64,000 nucleotides of DNA from Cyanobacteria bacterium J06626_4 (GCA_038523235.1 JBCBJQ010000015.1:1-64000), one strand, 5' to 3'. Counted from the stretch's first letter, positions 51,784 to 62,775 are shown. Numbers and translations: made by a program. The notes: generated from the sequence alone by a model not told the origin.

Positions 51784-53052
51784 TTAGCGATCGCCCGTCG
51801 TCAGGCCCAGCTGCTGATCTAACCAAGACGACACCTCTGGCACATACAGCAGCCAGGTGCGGCGATAGGTCTCAGTGAGTGACGCGACGATCGGCGAGAG
51901 CTGTTTAATGTCGATCGCGCGATGGCCGACCCAAACTTTGATGCCGCGCTGATAGAGCGTATAGCCACAGCTTTGACTGTGACTCAGCCCGCAATAAAGT
52001 TGGGGATCATAACCTACCTCAACCACCTGGGCTTGAGTTTTAGCCAATAGCTCAGCGCGATCGCGATCAGACAAGTTGGACACATCCCGCGCCTTGAGCA
52101 GCCGCCGCTGGATAAAGCGCTGACAGAGATCGGCTAACACCGTATCAGCGTGATGCTGCCAGCGCTGCAGGTGATAGGTGAAAACAATATCGTCTGCCGC
52201 TAGATAGTGCTCCAGCGTCAGCGGCGTTTGAGGATGGTTGAGCCAAGCAGTCACGGTCTCATCGACATCGAGATCATTAGCCGCAAAACATTTTTGAGCC
52301 CGCTCAAAAGCCCGCTGCAATGTCCAAGTCGCTGCCAGGTTTTTGGGATGGTTGTAAACCTGGGCGTACATAAAGTAGCGCACCAACAGATAGTGCTCAA
52401 CGGCAGTCTGACCTTTATGAGACACCATCAAATTGCCGTCATCATCCATATCCATCGATCGCACAATCCGATCTAAATCCAAGCTGCCGTACGACGCCCC
52501 TGTAAAGTAGCTATCTCGCATGAGATAGTCGAGGCGATCGCAGTCAAGCTGGCTCGAAACCAACTGCCATACCAACGGCAGCGGATGCTGATGGGTATAG
52601 ACCGAGGCGATCGCCGCCGTCAGGGCCGGGTCAAACTCTGCCAGCAGCGCTTGCACCGGTGCTGATTCGCCAATGATGCGCCGCGTCCAATGCTCATGGT
52701 GAGTCTTGAAAATCGCTTCCGCTGTGTGACTGTAGGGGCCGTGACCAATGTCATGCAGCAGCGCCGCACACAACACCGTCGCCCGATGACTCGCCAGCGA
52801 GGGATATCGTTTTACCAATAAATCAAAGGCTTTTCGGGTCAGCTCCATCACGCCCAGAGCATGGGTAAAGCGAGAACTTTCAGCGCCGTGAAAGGTCAAG
52901 CTAGCCGCCCCTAACTGCCGAACTCGGCGCAGGCGCTGAAACGCTGGCGTATCAATCAAGCGGATCAGCAGCTGTTCGACCGGATCTTGTCGATCAAGAG
53001 CGATCGCGCCGTGGAGCGGATCATGATACGTTCGACTGCGTTTAGGATGCAC
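51784..53052 (-). CDS. HD-domain phosphohydrolase (dNTPase / YdhJ-like)
   Basis: FQRLRRVRQLG, SRFTHALG, LLHDIGHGPYSH, LDCDRLDYLMRD; GTG start overlaps the end of ctpA. Confidence 0.9.
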   Translation of the reverse strand: MHPKRSRTYHDPLHGAIALDRQDPVEQLLIRLIDTPAFQRLRRVRQLGAASLTFHGAESSRFTHALGVMELTRKAFDLLVKRYPSLASHRATVLCAALLHDIGHGPYSHTAEAIFKTHHEHWTRRIIGESAPVQALLAEFDPALTAAIASVYTHQHPLPLVWQLVSSQLDCDRLDYLMRDSYFTGASYGSLDLDRIVRSMDMDDDGNLMVSHKGQTAVEHYLLVRYFMYAQVYNHPKNLAATWTLQRAFERAQKCFAANDLDVDETVTAWLNHPQTPLTLEHYLAADDIVFTYHLQRWQHHADTVLADLCQRFIQRRLLKARDVSNLSDRDRAELLAKTQAQVVEVGYDPQLYCGLSHSQSCGYTLYQRGIKVWVGHRAIDIKQLSPIVASLTETYRRTWLLYVPEVSSWLDQQLGLTTGDR

Positions 53053-54277
53053 TCGCCATAACCATTGATTGACTTAAGAGTTCGATTGCCGCCTGATACT
53101 GCACATCTTCATCCGTGCCAATTTGGTCTCGAGCGATCGCTGCCAACGGCACAGTCTTATCGGGACGAATCCCTAAACGATTGATGTCGTGATTCGCCGG
53201 CGTTTTGTACTTGGCCACCGTCACCACCAGCCCCGACCCGTCAGATAAATCAAACAACGACTGAATCAGGCCCTTCCCAAAGGTCGTATTGCCGACCAGC
53301 TGCGCGCGACGATTATCCTGCAGCGCCCCGGCCAAAATTTCGCTCGCGCTGGCGGTACCTTCATTCACCAACACGACCAGCGGAGCCTCAGTCAAGGCTG
53401 AGCCGCTGGCCTCAAAGCTGTCGAGCATGCCCCGACGATCAAAGGTATACACAATCGTCCCAGTCGCTAGCCACTGACGAGCAATCTCGATGCCCGCATT
53501 GAGCAATCCGCCGGGATTGTTGCGCAAATCCAGCACATAAGCGTTCACCCCCTGACGCTCAAACGCTTGCACCGTTGCGGCGACCTCACTCGCCGCATTC
53601 GCGTTAAACTGCGTGAGGCGAATGTACCCAACCGTTAAATTCTCTGAGACGGAGTCAACACGGGTCACCACCGGATTCAGGCTCACCGTTCCCCGCGTTA
53701 ACGTAATCGCTTCCGGCGCCTGCTGATTATGAGAAATCGTCAACACGACTGCAGTACCCACTGGCCCCCGCATTGAGTTAGCGGCCTCATCAAGCGTCAA
53801 TGTCTGGGTCGAACGGCCATCAATTGCCAGAATGCGATCGCGCGGCTGCACGTTCGCTGCAGCCGCGGGTGAGCCTGCGATCGGCGCAATCACTTGCAAA
53901 TACTGATCCGCCTCATCTTTAGCAATCTGCAGACCCACCCCCGTGAGTTCACCCGAGGTGCTCGTCTGCAAGCTTCGGTATTGCTCAGGCGGCAACAGAC
54001 GAGTGTAAGGGTCGTTCAAAGAGCTCAGCATTTCACGAATCGCGTCGTAGGTGTCGGCGCGACTGGTGAACTTCTGATCCAGTACATGCTCCCGCACAAA
54101 CCACCAATTCTGATGATTAAACGTCTGGTCTAAGTAAGCGCGGTTAACAATCCGCCAAACTTCCGCCACCAAGCTTTCTTCGTCAGTCAGGGCTAACGCA
54201 GCTGGTTGCCACAATCCCCAACCGATCACCACTGCCAGCAATACTGACACCGTGCTTTTGAAAATCTTGCGTCCCAT
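53042..54277 (-). CDS. ctpA: Carboxyl-terminal processing protease (S41), CtpA type
   Basis: DPYTR, GVGLQI (PDZ), LDLRNNPGG, GTASASEI, TFGKGLIQ; start set at ATG 54277; divergent from petB. Confidence 0.85.
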   Translation of the reverse strand: MGRKIFKSTVSVLLAVVIGWGLWQPAALALTDEESLVAEVWRIVNRAYLDQTFNHQNWWFVREHVLDQKFTSRADTYDAIREMLSSLNDPYTRLLPPEQYRSLQTSTSGELTGVGLQIAKDEADQYLQVIAPIAGSPAAAANVQPRDRILAIDGRSTQTLTLDEAANSMRGPVGTAVVLTISHNQQAPEAITLTRGTVSLNPVVTRVDSVSENLTVGYIRLTQFNANAASEVAATVQAFERQGVNAYVLDLRNNPGGLLNAGIEIARQWLATGTIVYTFDRRGMLDSFEASGSALTEAPLVVLVNEGTASASEILAGALQDNRRAQLVGNTTFGKGLIQSLFDLSDGSGLVVTVAKYKTPANHDINRLGIRPDKTVPLAAIARDQIGTDEDVQYQAAIELLSQSMVMASAS

Positions 54278-54573
54278 AGGTCCCTGACTCTGTTGTCTCT
54301 GATTGTAGAAGGGACACTCCCCAGTCAGCATCACGCATGACGCATTAATCCAAGGAAGGTCGCTGCAGTTAGCGAATAGTTTGTAAAGATACGTGAATTG
54401 CAGTGTCTTCTCGTTGAGGCGGCTCAATCAGACCAGAATCCGCGCAAGTCAGTTGTTTTGGGCTTTTGAGCAGGAGATTTTAATGACGTTTTGCCCTGAA
54501 TGTCTCTGATCGAAGTTTTAGCTATGTTAAATTTCTAAGGAATACACTGCTTAGATTAATATCCTCCCGCTTC

Positions 54574-55242
54574 ATGTTTACCAAGCAAGTTACCGATTCA
54601 AAAGCGTTTCAGTGGTTTAACGAGCGGCTGGAAGTTCAGGCACTCGCCGACGATATTTCCAGCAAATACGTTCCACCCCACGTCAATATCTTTTACTGCC
54701 TCGGTGGTATTACGCTGACCTGTTTCGTGATTCAGTTCGCGACGGGTTTTGCCATGACTTTCTACTACAAGCCGACGGTCACCGAAGCTTTCGCATCGGT
54801 TCAGTACCTTATGACCGATGTCAACTTTGGCTGGCTGATTCGTTCCATCCATCGCTGGTCGGCCAGCATGATGGTGCTGATGATGATTTTGCACGTCTTC
54901 CGCGTCTATCTCACCGGTGGGTTCAAAAAGCCCCGTGAGTTGACCTGGATTACCGGTGTTGTTCTGGCGGTCATCACCGTTACGTTTGGGGTGACTGGCT
55001 ACTCTCTACCTTGGGATCAGGTTGGCTATTGGGCCGTTAAGATTGTTTCCGGTGTGCCTGGAGCCATCCCAGTGGTCGGGTCTACCATCGTTGAACTGAT
55101 GCGCGGTGGTGAAGCGGTTGGTCAATCTACTCTGACCCGCTTTTATAGCTTGCATACCTTTGTCTTACCTTGGGCGATCGCGGTGTTCATGCTGCTGCAC
55201 TTCCTCATGATTCGCAAGCAAGGCATTTCTGGCCCTCTCTAA
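54574..55242 (+). CDS. petB: Cytochrome b6
   Basis: [33 protein letters not shown]. Confidence 0.99.
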   Translation: MFTKQVTDSKAFQWFNERLEVQALADDISSKYVPPHVNIFYCLGGITLTCFVIQFATGFAMTFYYKPTVTEAFASVQYLMTDVNFGWLIRSIHRWSASMMVLMMILHVFRVYLTGGFKKPRELTWITGVVLAVITVTFGVTGYSLPWDQVGYWAVKIVSGVPGAIPVVGSTIVELMRGGEAVGQSTLTRFYSLHTFVLPWAIAVFMLLHFLMIRKQGISGPL

Positions 55243-55330
55243 GCCAAGAATTGTTTGGCACTGTTGAGAGAGAACGCTTTCATCGGCAATTACCCGTTAA
55301 ACTTTAAACCTCGCAATCGACTAACGCACT

Positions 55331-55813
55331 ATGGCAACTATCAAAAAACCAGATCTCAGCGACCCGAAGCTGAGAGAAATGCTGAAACAGGGCATGGGGC
55401 ACAACTATTATGGTGAACCGGCTTGGCCAAACGACCTGCTCTACATCTTTCCTGTCGTAATTTTGGGCAGCATTGCCTGCTGTGTGGCGCTCGCTGTGCT
55501 TGACCCAGCGATGGTTGGCGAACCGGCCAATCCTTTTGCCACTCCTTTAGAAATTCTGCCTGAGTGGTATTTGTACCCGACTTTCCAAATCTTGCGCATT
55601 GTGCCTAACAAGCTGTTGGGCATCGCAGGCATGACCGCCATTCCTTTAGGGCTGATGCTGGTTCCTTTCTTAGAGAACGTGAACAAGTTTCAGAATCCTT
55701 TCCGTCGCCCCGTGGCAACAACCGTTTTTATGTTCGGTACCTTGGTCACTCTGTGGCTGGGCATCGGCGCAACGCTACCCATTGATACCTCTTTGACCCT
55801 CGGCCTCTTTTAA
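55331..55813 (+). CDS. petD: Cytochrome b6f subunit IV
   Basis: [28 protein letters not shown]. Confidence 0.99.
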   Translation: MATIKKPDLSDPKLREMLKQGMGHNYYGEPAWPNDLLYIFPVVILGSIACCVALAVLDPAMVGEPANPFATPLEILPEWYLYPTFQILRIVPNKLLGIAGMTAIPLGLMLVPFLENVNKFQNPFRRPVATTVFMFGTLVTLWLGIGATLPIDTSLTLGLF

Positions 55814-55832
55814 GACGGTCTCGGTTAGTATT

Positions 55833-55870
55833 AAAAGTCGCCTGAGGTTCATTGCCTCGGCGACTTTTTT
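55833..55870 (+). terminator. Intrinsic terminator after petD
   Basis: AAAAGTCGCC-TGAGG...CCTC-GGCGACTTTTTT. Confidence 0.8.
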
Positions 55871-55944
55871 CATGCAAGTATCTACCTAGATGATGAAACA
55901 CAGGGTGATCTACTAGCTGGCCTCACAGAAAGCTAGGTAGAATC

Positions 55945-56367
55945 ATGTCAAGACGTGAATGCTTGATTGTCGATAGTAGATTAGACAATCTCTTCGCGGT
56001 GCAGAACTGGTTTAAAGACTTCTACAATTCCGTAGAGCCCGACTTGAAGTGGGTCCAGCAGGAGCGCGATCGCCTCAACATTGCCGTTGCTGAAGGGTTT
56101 ACGAATGTCGTGCGTCACGCCCATGCTTTGTTGCCACCCGAGACCCCAATTACGATCGAGGTTCATCTTGAGGGCGATCGCATCCATATCAATATTTGGG
56201 ATCACGGTGCTCCCTTTGATCCGAACCAACTAACAGAGCCAAAGCCAGGGAGTTTGCTAGTCGACGGCGGCTATGGTTGGTTCCTCTTACGCCGCGTCAC
56301 CCATCAAGTCGACTATCTACGGAAAAACGGCAAGAACTGTCTCGCCATCATCCACAATCGCCCTTGA
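55945..56367 (+). CDS. RsbW/SpoIIAB-like anti-sigma factor (HATPase_c_2)
   Basis: AVAEGFTNVVRHA, IWDHGAPFDP, GGYGWFL. Confidence 0.87.
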   Translation: MSRRECLIVDSRLDNLFAVQNWFKDFYNSVEPDLKWVQQERDRLNIAVAEGFTNVVRHAHALLPPETPITIEVHLEGDRIHINIWDHGAPFDPNQLTEPKPGSLLVDGGYGWFLLRRVTHQVDYLRKNGKNCLAIIHNRP

Positions 56368-56784
56368 GCCAGGGTAAAATCTCGGTCTGTCAGCAGATAA
56401 ATCCCGCTTAAAAGTGGGCATGCTGGGAACAGCAAGAGAACCATACAGCCAACGCAAGTCTTGCCAACGACTGAATGCAGATGCCTCAGGGGCTCATGGT
56501 TTTTGATGCTGTTTTATCGTTCAATCAACTGATAGAAGCCTTGATGAGTGGACTGTATCATCCTTAAGATTATCGAGAATTCACGTTTGCTTGGTTAACT
56601 GGCAAGCTATTTTCATCAACCGAGAGGCTAGTGTCGTTCAGAATAACTGCACAGAGGAAAACTGGTCTCATCACCACGACAGCCTTTTCAGCTTGCACAT
56701 AATTTCGTTGGTATCGATGATTTCATAGCTTCCCTATCAAGATTTTTTTAGCTCTCACACTTGGTTGTATTGTCACTCGCACTC

Positions 56785-57768
56785 ATGAACAAAACTGCGC
56801 TAATCACCGGGATTACCGGTCAAGACGGCTACTATCTGAGTCAGCTACTGCTAGAGCGCGGTTACCGAGTGGTTGGGCTACTCCCTCCTGAACGGCAAGG
56901 TAGCGTCGTCAAACTTGACGATCTAGCTGATCAAGTTGAAATTTACTCAGTCGACCTGAGAGACGCACAAGCGCTACAAGCGGCAGTCACCCAGCTACAG
57001 CCCACTGAAATCTATAACTTAGCCGCCCCGAGCTTTGTCCCTGCTTCTTGGGACGATCCGCTAGGCACTCTGGACTTGATCACAGGCACCGCCACGAGAC
57101 TGTTGACCGCAATTCGCCACTCGCAGTTGGCGACCCGATTTTATCAAGCGAGCAGCTCAGAAATTTTTGGTGCAGTTCAAGAATCGCCGCAGTCAGAGAC
57201 CACTCCCTTTCGCCCCAAAAATCCTTATGGAGCCGCTAAGCTCCATGCCCACTGGACGATGACCCATCATCGAGAGCAGTACAATCTTTTTGCCTGCAGT
57301 GGTATTCTCTACAATCACGAATCTCCTAGACGCCCCCCTCAATTTGTCACCCGCAAAGTCACACTAGCCGCTGCAGGCATTAAGCTAGGCCTGATGGATA
57401 AGCTCTCAATGGGCAATTTAGATGCCAAAAGAGATTGGGGATTTGCCGGGGACTACGTCGAAGTGATGTGGCGCATGCTACAAACAGACACTCCGCAGGA
57501 TTATGTCATTGGCACTGGGGTACTGCACAGCGTCAAAGACTTAGTCGAAATGGCCTTTAATAGCGTCAATCTCGATTGGCAAAAGTATGTCGAAGTGAAT
57601 ACGACACTACTACGGCGAGACGAGCATTTTCAGCTCGTGGCCGACCCGAGCAATGCGAAAAACAATTTGCACTGGTCTCCCCAAGTTACCTTCGAACAGC
57701 TCATCGAAAACATGGTGCAGACTGACCTTCAACGTCTGCAATCGGGGCAGGTCGCGCTCATCGAGTAA
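56785..57768 (+). CDS. gmd: GDP-mannose 4,6-dehydratase
   Basis: ALITGITGQDG, YQASSSE, PYGAAK, NHESPRR, FVTRK, RDWGFAGDYV. Confidence 0.88.
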   Translation: MNKTALITGITGQDGYYLSQLLLERGYRVVGLLPPERQGSVVKLDDLADQVEIYSVDLRDAQALQAAVTQLQPTEIYNLAAPSFVPASWDDPLGTLDLITGTATRLLTAIRHSQLATRFYQASSSEIFGAVQESPQSETTPFRPKNPYGAAKLHAHWTMTHHREQYNLFACSGILYNHESPRRPPQFVTRKVTLAAAGIKLGLMDKLSMGNLDAKRDWGFAGDYVEVMWRMLQTDTPQDYVIGTGVLHSVKDLVEMAFNSVNLDWQKYVEVNTTLLRRDEHFQLVADPSNAKNNLHWSPQVTFEQLIENMVQTDLQRLQSGQVALIE

Positions 57769-57802
57769 GTCAGATTGTTGAGTTGTTGCCGTAAAGGGGT
57801 CA

Positions 57803-58930
57803 ATGGTGTCAGATCACTCTCACCGCATTGGGTTTGTCTTCCTCAGCATCTTTTCTATTGAGGGCGGCATTCAGTCCTATGTCAAAGATGTACTCATAGC
57901 CTATGCCGCTCAGCCAACATCTCCGCCCGCCGACATTTATATCCTGAGAGACCAGCCTACCGATCGCAATCCATTGGCCTCAGAGGATAAGTTTACTTTT
58001 TATTATTTCGGCAGTTATTCAGCCAATATTGGGCGACTGAAATTAGCCTGGTTAATTTTACAAAATATGCGACGTCGGCAATACTCACGCGTTGTTTGCG
58101 GCCATATGTTGCTGACTCCGCTGCTTAACCCACTTTGCCAATGGTTTGGCAGTGCCCTCACAGTGATGACTTATGGCAAAGAAGTCTGGCAGGCTGTGCC
58201 GTCTCGCCAGCAAAAAGCATTACAACAGGCAGACACGATCTGGACGATTAGCCGCTACAGTCGCGACCTAGCCTGTCAAGCCAATGGCTTAGACCCTGAT
58301 AAGTTTCATATGCTGCCCTGTGTAGTTGACGGTGATGCCTTTACCCCTGGCCCTGCCAAACCCAAACTGGTAGAACAATACGGCTTACACCATCATCGAG
58401 TACTGATGACGGTTGCCCGGTTATGGTCGGGCGACATTTACAAAGGGGTAGATGTCACCATTAGAGCCTTACCGCAAATCCTGAAGAGCTTTCCCCAGGT
58501 GAAATATTTAGTGGTTGGTCGGGGTGACGATCAGCCGCGTCTAGCACAAATGGCTCAAGATTTAGGGGTGGGTGATAGCGTCGTTTTTGCCGGTTTTGTC
58601 TCTGACGAGGCTTTAGTTGAGCACTATCGCCTTGCCGATGTCTACGTCATGCCCTCTAAAGAAGGCTTTGGCATTGTTTATCTCGAAGCGATGGCCTGTG
58701 GTGTACCGACGCTGTCAGGCGATGACGACGGTTCGGCCGATCCGTTGCAAGATGGCAAAGTGGGCTGGCGCGTCCCCCACCGCGATCCGGAGGCAGTCGC
58801 TCACGCCTGCATTGAGATTCTACAGGGCCAAGATCAGCGTTGTGATGGCGCTTGGTTAAGACAGCAAACACTCGAAAACTTCAGCCCTTTGAGTCTTCAA
58901 CAGGCCTTCAAAGATCTGGTTGTGTCTTAA
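57803..58930 (+). CDS. Glycosyltransferase family 4
   Basis: GGIQSY, TVARL...YKG, EGFGIVYLEAMACG. Confidence 0.9.
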   Translation: MVSDHSHRIGFVFLSIFSIEGGIQSYVKDVLIAYAAQPTSPPADIYILRDQPTDRNPLASEDKFTFYYFGSYSANIGRLKLAWLILQNMRRRQYSRVVCGHMLLTPLLNPLCQWFGSALTVMTYGKEVWQAVPSRQQKALQQADTIWTISRYSRDLACQANGLDPDKFHMLPCVVDGDAFTPGPAKPKLVEQYGLHHHRVLMTVARLWSGDIYKGVDVTIRALPQILKSFPQVKYLVVGRGDDQPRLAQMAQDLGVGDSVVFAGFVSDEALVEHYRLADVYVMPSKEGFGIVYLEAMACGVPTLSGDDDGSADPLQDGKVGWRVPHRDPEAVAHACIEILQGQDQRCDGAWLRQQTLENFSPLSLQQAFKDLVVS

Positions 58931-59115
58931 AATCAATTCTCAACGGTCTCGCCTCTCGAGCCAGGCTGCACGACCATTAGAGCGTCACCACCAGCAGACA
59001 GAATAGTTGAGAGCCACAGCACCGAATGGCATCGGCACTGTGACATCAGGAAAACGTCTTCAACAGCGATGGGCTCACAGTCCTCCCATTTCCCTTTAAC
59101 TGGCAACGCCTAGAT

Positions 59116-59763
59116 TTAGTTGCTCCGCAATTCAATGTTCGAGAATCGGAAGATTTGCTCCGTGGTGCCAGTTTCCGTTTCCGTTTGAATCTTGCGCTCC
59201 GTGAGAATGACGTAATCGCCAACTTTCTCATAGCTGTCTTCAAACACACTCCGTCCCCCTTTTTGCTGCCCTGATTCAGGGTCGTGGTAGACCGAGTCAT
59301 AGCGTTGCGACAGATAGCCTTCGCCAGTGTCATGACTGGTGAAAGTGTGAATCGTCACCACCGTGCCATGAATATGACGGTGCACCATGCTGACTTCGTT
59401 ATCACGCAGTTCGTAGCGATCGCCTTCAGCTTTGCCCCCCATCAGAATTTCGACAGAGCCATCTTCCAGCGTTTTGCCATAGGAAAAGCTATTCGACCCG
59501 TGCGTGTCTTCAAAGGAACGACGAATCCGATGAATGGCCACTTCCCATAACTGATATTGAATTGCTTTTTGAGTGGCTTCATCCTCAACGTCAAAGACCT
59601 CAGCCTTGAGATCAGGATTCACTCGGGCTTTGGCAGTCGCTGTAGTGTCGCCCGAAATAAAGGTGACGTCAGTCGTATAGCCTGGGAAACCTGGTGCCCA
59701 GGTGTAGCGATTTTCATAGGCTGAACGAAAAAATTCGCGAGCTGAGACTTGAGTCCCGACCAT
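59116..59763 (-). CDS. DUF3386 family protein
   Basis: FRSAYENRYTW..FPGY, AIHRIRRSFE.THG, TGEGYLS. Confidence 0.82.
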   Translation of the reverse strand: MVGTQVSAREFFRSAYENRYTWAPGFPGYTTDVTFISGDTTATAKARVNPDLKAEVFDVEDEATQKAIQYQLWEVAIHRIRRSFEDTHGSNSFSYGKTLEDGSVEILMGGKAEGDRYELRDNEVSMVHRHIHGTVVTIHTFTSHDTGEGYLSQRYDSVYHDPESGQQKGGRSVFEDSYEKVGDYVILTERKIQTETETGTTEQIFRFSNIELRSN

Positions 59764-59980
59764 GCTTTACTCCTTTGAATCGCAGTGGTGTCTTTTAGCA
59801 TGGTAACGCTCTAACCTCACGGCAAGCAGGCTGGCTTAAGCGGAATTCACGGATCGACAATCTGCCAAAATTAGCCCCCTCTCAACTGCCGCGATCTGTC
59901 TCAAGCCCCTTGCCTCTGTCAGGTCTTCCTGATTGAATAAAATCAAACCAAAATGAACTTTTATTAAACGAGGGTTTCCT

Positions 59981-61456
59981 ATGTACATCGTGCAGATTGC
60001 CTCGGAATGTGCACCTGTCATTAAAGCTGGAGGTCTCGGCGACGTTGTTTATGGTCTCAGTCGCGAACTCGAAGCGCGTGGGCACACCATCGAGATTATT
60101 CTGCCCAAGTACAACAACATGCGCTACGACCATATTTGGGGCTTGCATGATGCCTACCAAGACCTCTGGGTGCCCTGGTATGGCGATCGCATCCACTGCT
60201 CCGTATTTTGTGGGTGGGTCCATGGTCGCCTGTGCTTTTTTATCGAACCCCACTCAGAAGACTTTTATTTTGACCGCGGCACTTATTATGGCTGCGATGA
60301 TGATCCGCTACGCTTTGCCTTTTTCAGCAAAGCCGCCCTTGAATTTTTGCTGCAAAGCAATAAGCGTCCTGACGTAATTCACTGTCATGACTGGCAAACC
60401 GGACTTGTGCCCGTCATGCTCTACGAGATGTATCAGCATCACGGCATGGAACATCAGCGAGTGCTTTACACCATTCACAACTTCAAACATCAGGGGTTTG
60501 CCGGGCCTGAAATCCTCTGGGCCACAGGACTCAACCGCGAAGCGTACTATTTTCACTACGATCGCCTACGCGATAACTTCAATCCGTTTTCCCTCAACTT
60601 TATGAAAGGGGGCATTGTTTACGCCAACCACGTCAACACGGTTTCACCCCACCATGCCTGGGAAGCCATGCATGAAGACTGTAGCTTTGGGCTCGGCCAC
60701 ACCTTGCACCTGAAGAGCTTCAAATTTTCCGGCATTCTCAACGGCATCGATCCTCAGGTCTGGAATCCTGAAACTGATGACCAGATTCCTTCCCCTTACA
60801 GTTCCACCACCTTCGAGGACAAAACTCTAAATCAAAAGGCTCTCCGAGAAAAACTGCTCCTGAGAGTCTGCGACAAACCTATCGTCGCCTTTATTGGTCG
60901 TTTAGATGACCAAAAGGGGATGCATTTGGTGCATCATGCCATGTATCACGCTCTCAATCGTGGCGCTCAGTTCGTGCTACTCGGTTCCGCAACTGACCGC
61001 CAAACTCACGACTGGTTCTGGCATGAGAAGCATTTCCTTAACGACAATCCTGACATTCATCTCGAGCTGAGCTTCAACGAAGAACTCGCCCACCTCATCT
61101 ATGCCGGAGCCGACATGATGGTGGTACCGAGCAAGTTTGAACCCTGCGGTCTCACCCAACTCATTTCCCTACGCTATGGCACAGTACCCGTCGTCCGGGG
61201 AGTCGGTGGGTTAGTCAGCACAGTCTTTGATTGGGACTACGACAGCGAACATCCCCGTGAAGAACGCACCGGCTTTGTGTTTTATGACACTGACCAGTAT
61301 GCGATGGAGTCAGCGCTCAACCGCGCGATCGATCTGTACTACAACGAACCGCAGCTTTTCCAGCAGTTAGCCTTACAAGGTATGCAATATGACTACTCCT
61401 GGAAAAGTTCAGGGTCAGAGTACATCGCTATCTACGATCTAATTCGCCATAAGTAA
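59981..61456 (+). CDS. glgA: Glycogen synthase
   Basis: KAGGLGDV, HCHDWQT, GRLDDQKG, PSKFEPCGLTQL. Confidence 0.95.
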   Translation: MYIVQIASECAPVIKAGGLGDVVYGLSRELEARGHTIEIILPKYNNMRYDHIWGLHDAYQDLWVPWYGDRIHCSVFCGWVHGRLCFFIEPHSEDFYFDRGTYYGCDDDPLRFAFFSKAALEFLLQSNKRPDVIHCHDWQTGLVPVMLYEMYQHHGMEHQRVLYTIHNFKHQGFAGPEILWATGLNREAYYFHYDRLRDNFNPFSLNFMKGGIVYANHVNTVSPHHAWEAMHEDCSFGLGHTLHLKSFKFSGILNGIDPQVWNPETDDQIPSPYSSTTFEDKTLNQKALREKLLLRVCDKPIVAFIGRLDDQKGMHLVHHAMYHALNRGAQFVLLGSATDRQTHDWFWHEKHFLNDNPDIHLELSFNEELAHLIYAGADMMVVPSKFEPCGLTQLISLRYGTVPVVRGVGGLVSTVFDWDYDSEHPREERTGFVFYDTDQYAMESALNRAIDLYYNEPQLFQQLALQGMQYDYSWKSSGSEYIAIYDLIRHK

Positions 61457-61543
61457 CATCAGTTGAGATTCAGCCCAATCCATTAATGATCTGGATCAGA
61501 CACCGGCACTGTTCAAGATCAGCATCCGTCGTTCGCCTCTGAA

Positions 61544-62650
61544 TTACCTGGAGTGATCATGTAAAAAATCCACGATCGCTCCCGCAATTGTTTGATTCCC
61601 AGTTTTACTCAATCGCTGACTGGTTCGAGGCAGATTAGGAGCAGTCTCGAGAAACTCCCAGGCACCCTCGGCAAAAGCTTGGGGCGTTAGCACCTGGTGA
61701 TCGCTGCAGTCTTGCAGCTGACTAACCAGTAGCGGCCCCTCGGCAAAATCGTCGCGAGTGATAGTGACGACCGGCACCTCTAAACGGCAAGCTTCTGAGA
61801 AAGTGCTGTAGCCCGGTTTAGAAACGACGCGCCCGCACAAGGGCATAAAGTCCACAGGTCGCAGAGTGCGATCGCTAACCTTGCACAAATTGGGCAGCTC
61901 AGGCGCTTGGCGATCAAACGTGATGAATTGCCAGTCGGCAAACCTTTGCAGGTTACCGTAGGGAATTTGCGCCAACCCTAATCCCCCAAACGTCAGCAAA
62001 ACCGTTTTTGCCTGATCCGCAGTAATGTCAAAGCGCTGTCGCAGGGTCGCTGCTGAATAGTGCGGGGTTCCCCCCGTCAGCCCCACATCTGTGATGTCAG
62101 AAAAAGCCGCCATCGGTTCATGAAAGGGCAAGCGGAACAATCGGTCAGCCTGAGCAAAACAATTCTGAATCCAATCAGCGATCGCCCCAAACTCACCGCC
62201 CCAAGCCCGATAAATAAAGTCCCAACCAAAGTTGCTCATCATCCAGCAGGGAACGTTGGCCGCTTTAGCCGCGATCGCAACGAGCGGCGGAATATCGCCC
62301 AACACCAGATCGACCTGAGCAGCTTCTAAAAAAGCAGCTTCTTGTGCCACCAATTCACCTTGGCATTGTTGCAGCTGCCGGAGCGCTGCGAGGGTCGCGG
62401 GGCGATCGACAGTTAAACTATCAGGCTGCAGCACACCCACATCGAGAGCCTGTTCCCGCAGCACGAACGGGGCTTTTAGATAGCTTTCCAATAACCACCG
62501 GGGAGCCGTTGTCGCCAGAATAATGTCAATATCAGCCGCTAATTGTTTAACCGTTGCCGCCACCGAGGCAGCGCGGGTCGCATGGCCAAACCCGTGATTC
62601 GTGATCGCCACATAGAGGGTACGTCGCGTCATTCCACTCTTCTCACTCAT
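61544..62650 (-). CDS. GT-B fold glycosyltransferase-like protein
   Basis: HGFGHATR, SNFGWDFIY, LLTFGGLG, VVSKPGYSTFSE. Confidence 0.82.
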   Translation of the reverse strand: MSEKSGMTRRTLYVAITNHGFGHATRAASVAATVKQLAADIDIILATTAPRWLLESYLKAPFVLREQALDVGVLQPDSLTVDRPATLAALRQLQQCQGELVAQEAAFLEAAQVDLVLGDIPPLVAIAAKAANVPCWMMSNFGWDFIYRAWGGEFGAIADWIQNCFAQADRLFRLPFHEPMAAFSDITDVGLTGGTPHYSAATLRQRFDITADQAKTVLLTFGGLGLAQIPYGNLQRFADWQFITFDRQAPELPNLCKVSDRTLRPVDFMPLCGRVVSKPGYSTFSEACRLEVPVVTITRDDFAEGPLLVSQLQDCSDHQVLTPQAFAEGAWEFLETAPNLPRTSQRLSKTGNQTIAGAIVDFLHDHSR

Positions 62651-62707
62651 GCATCACCCTGCCCCCTTGATGACTTTAGACCCCCTTGAGCCAATGAGCT
62701 CATTGCC

Positions 62708-62746
62708 AAATAAAAGACCCGTCCTCGTTTGAGAACAGGTCTTTTA
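62708..62746 (-). terminator. Intrinsic terminator after ftsH
   Basis: Minus strand AAAAGACCTGTTCTC-AAAC-GAGGACGGGTCTTTT-ATTT. Confidence 0.7.
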
Positions 62747-62775
62747 ATCACCCTAGAGACCGGGAAGCGCGATCA

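Noticed and set aside
54278..54427. 50-aa N-terminal extension of ctpA
   Set aside because: It covers the divergent promoter region, and the signal peptide begins at ATG 54277
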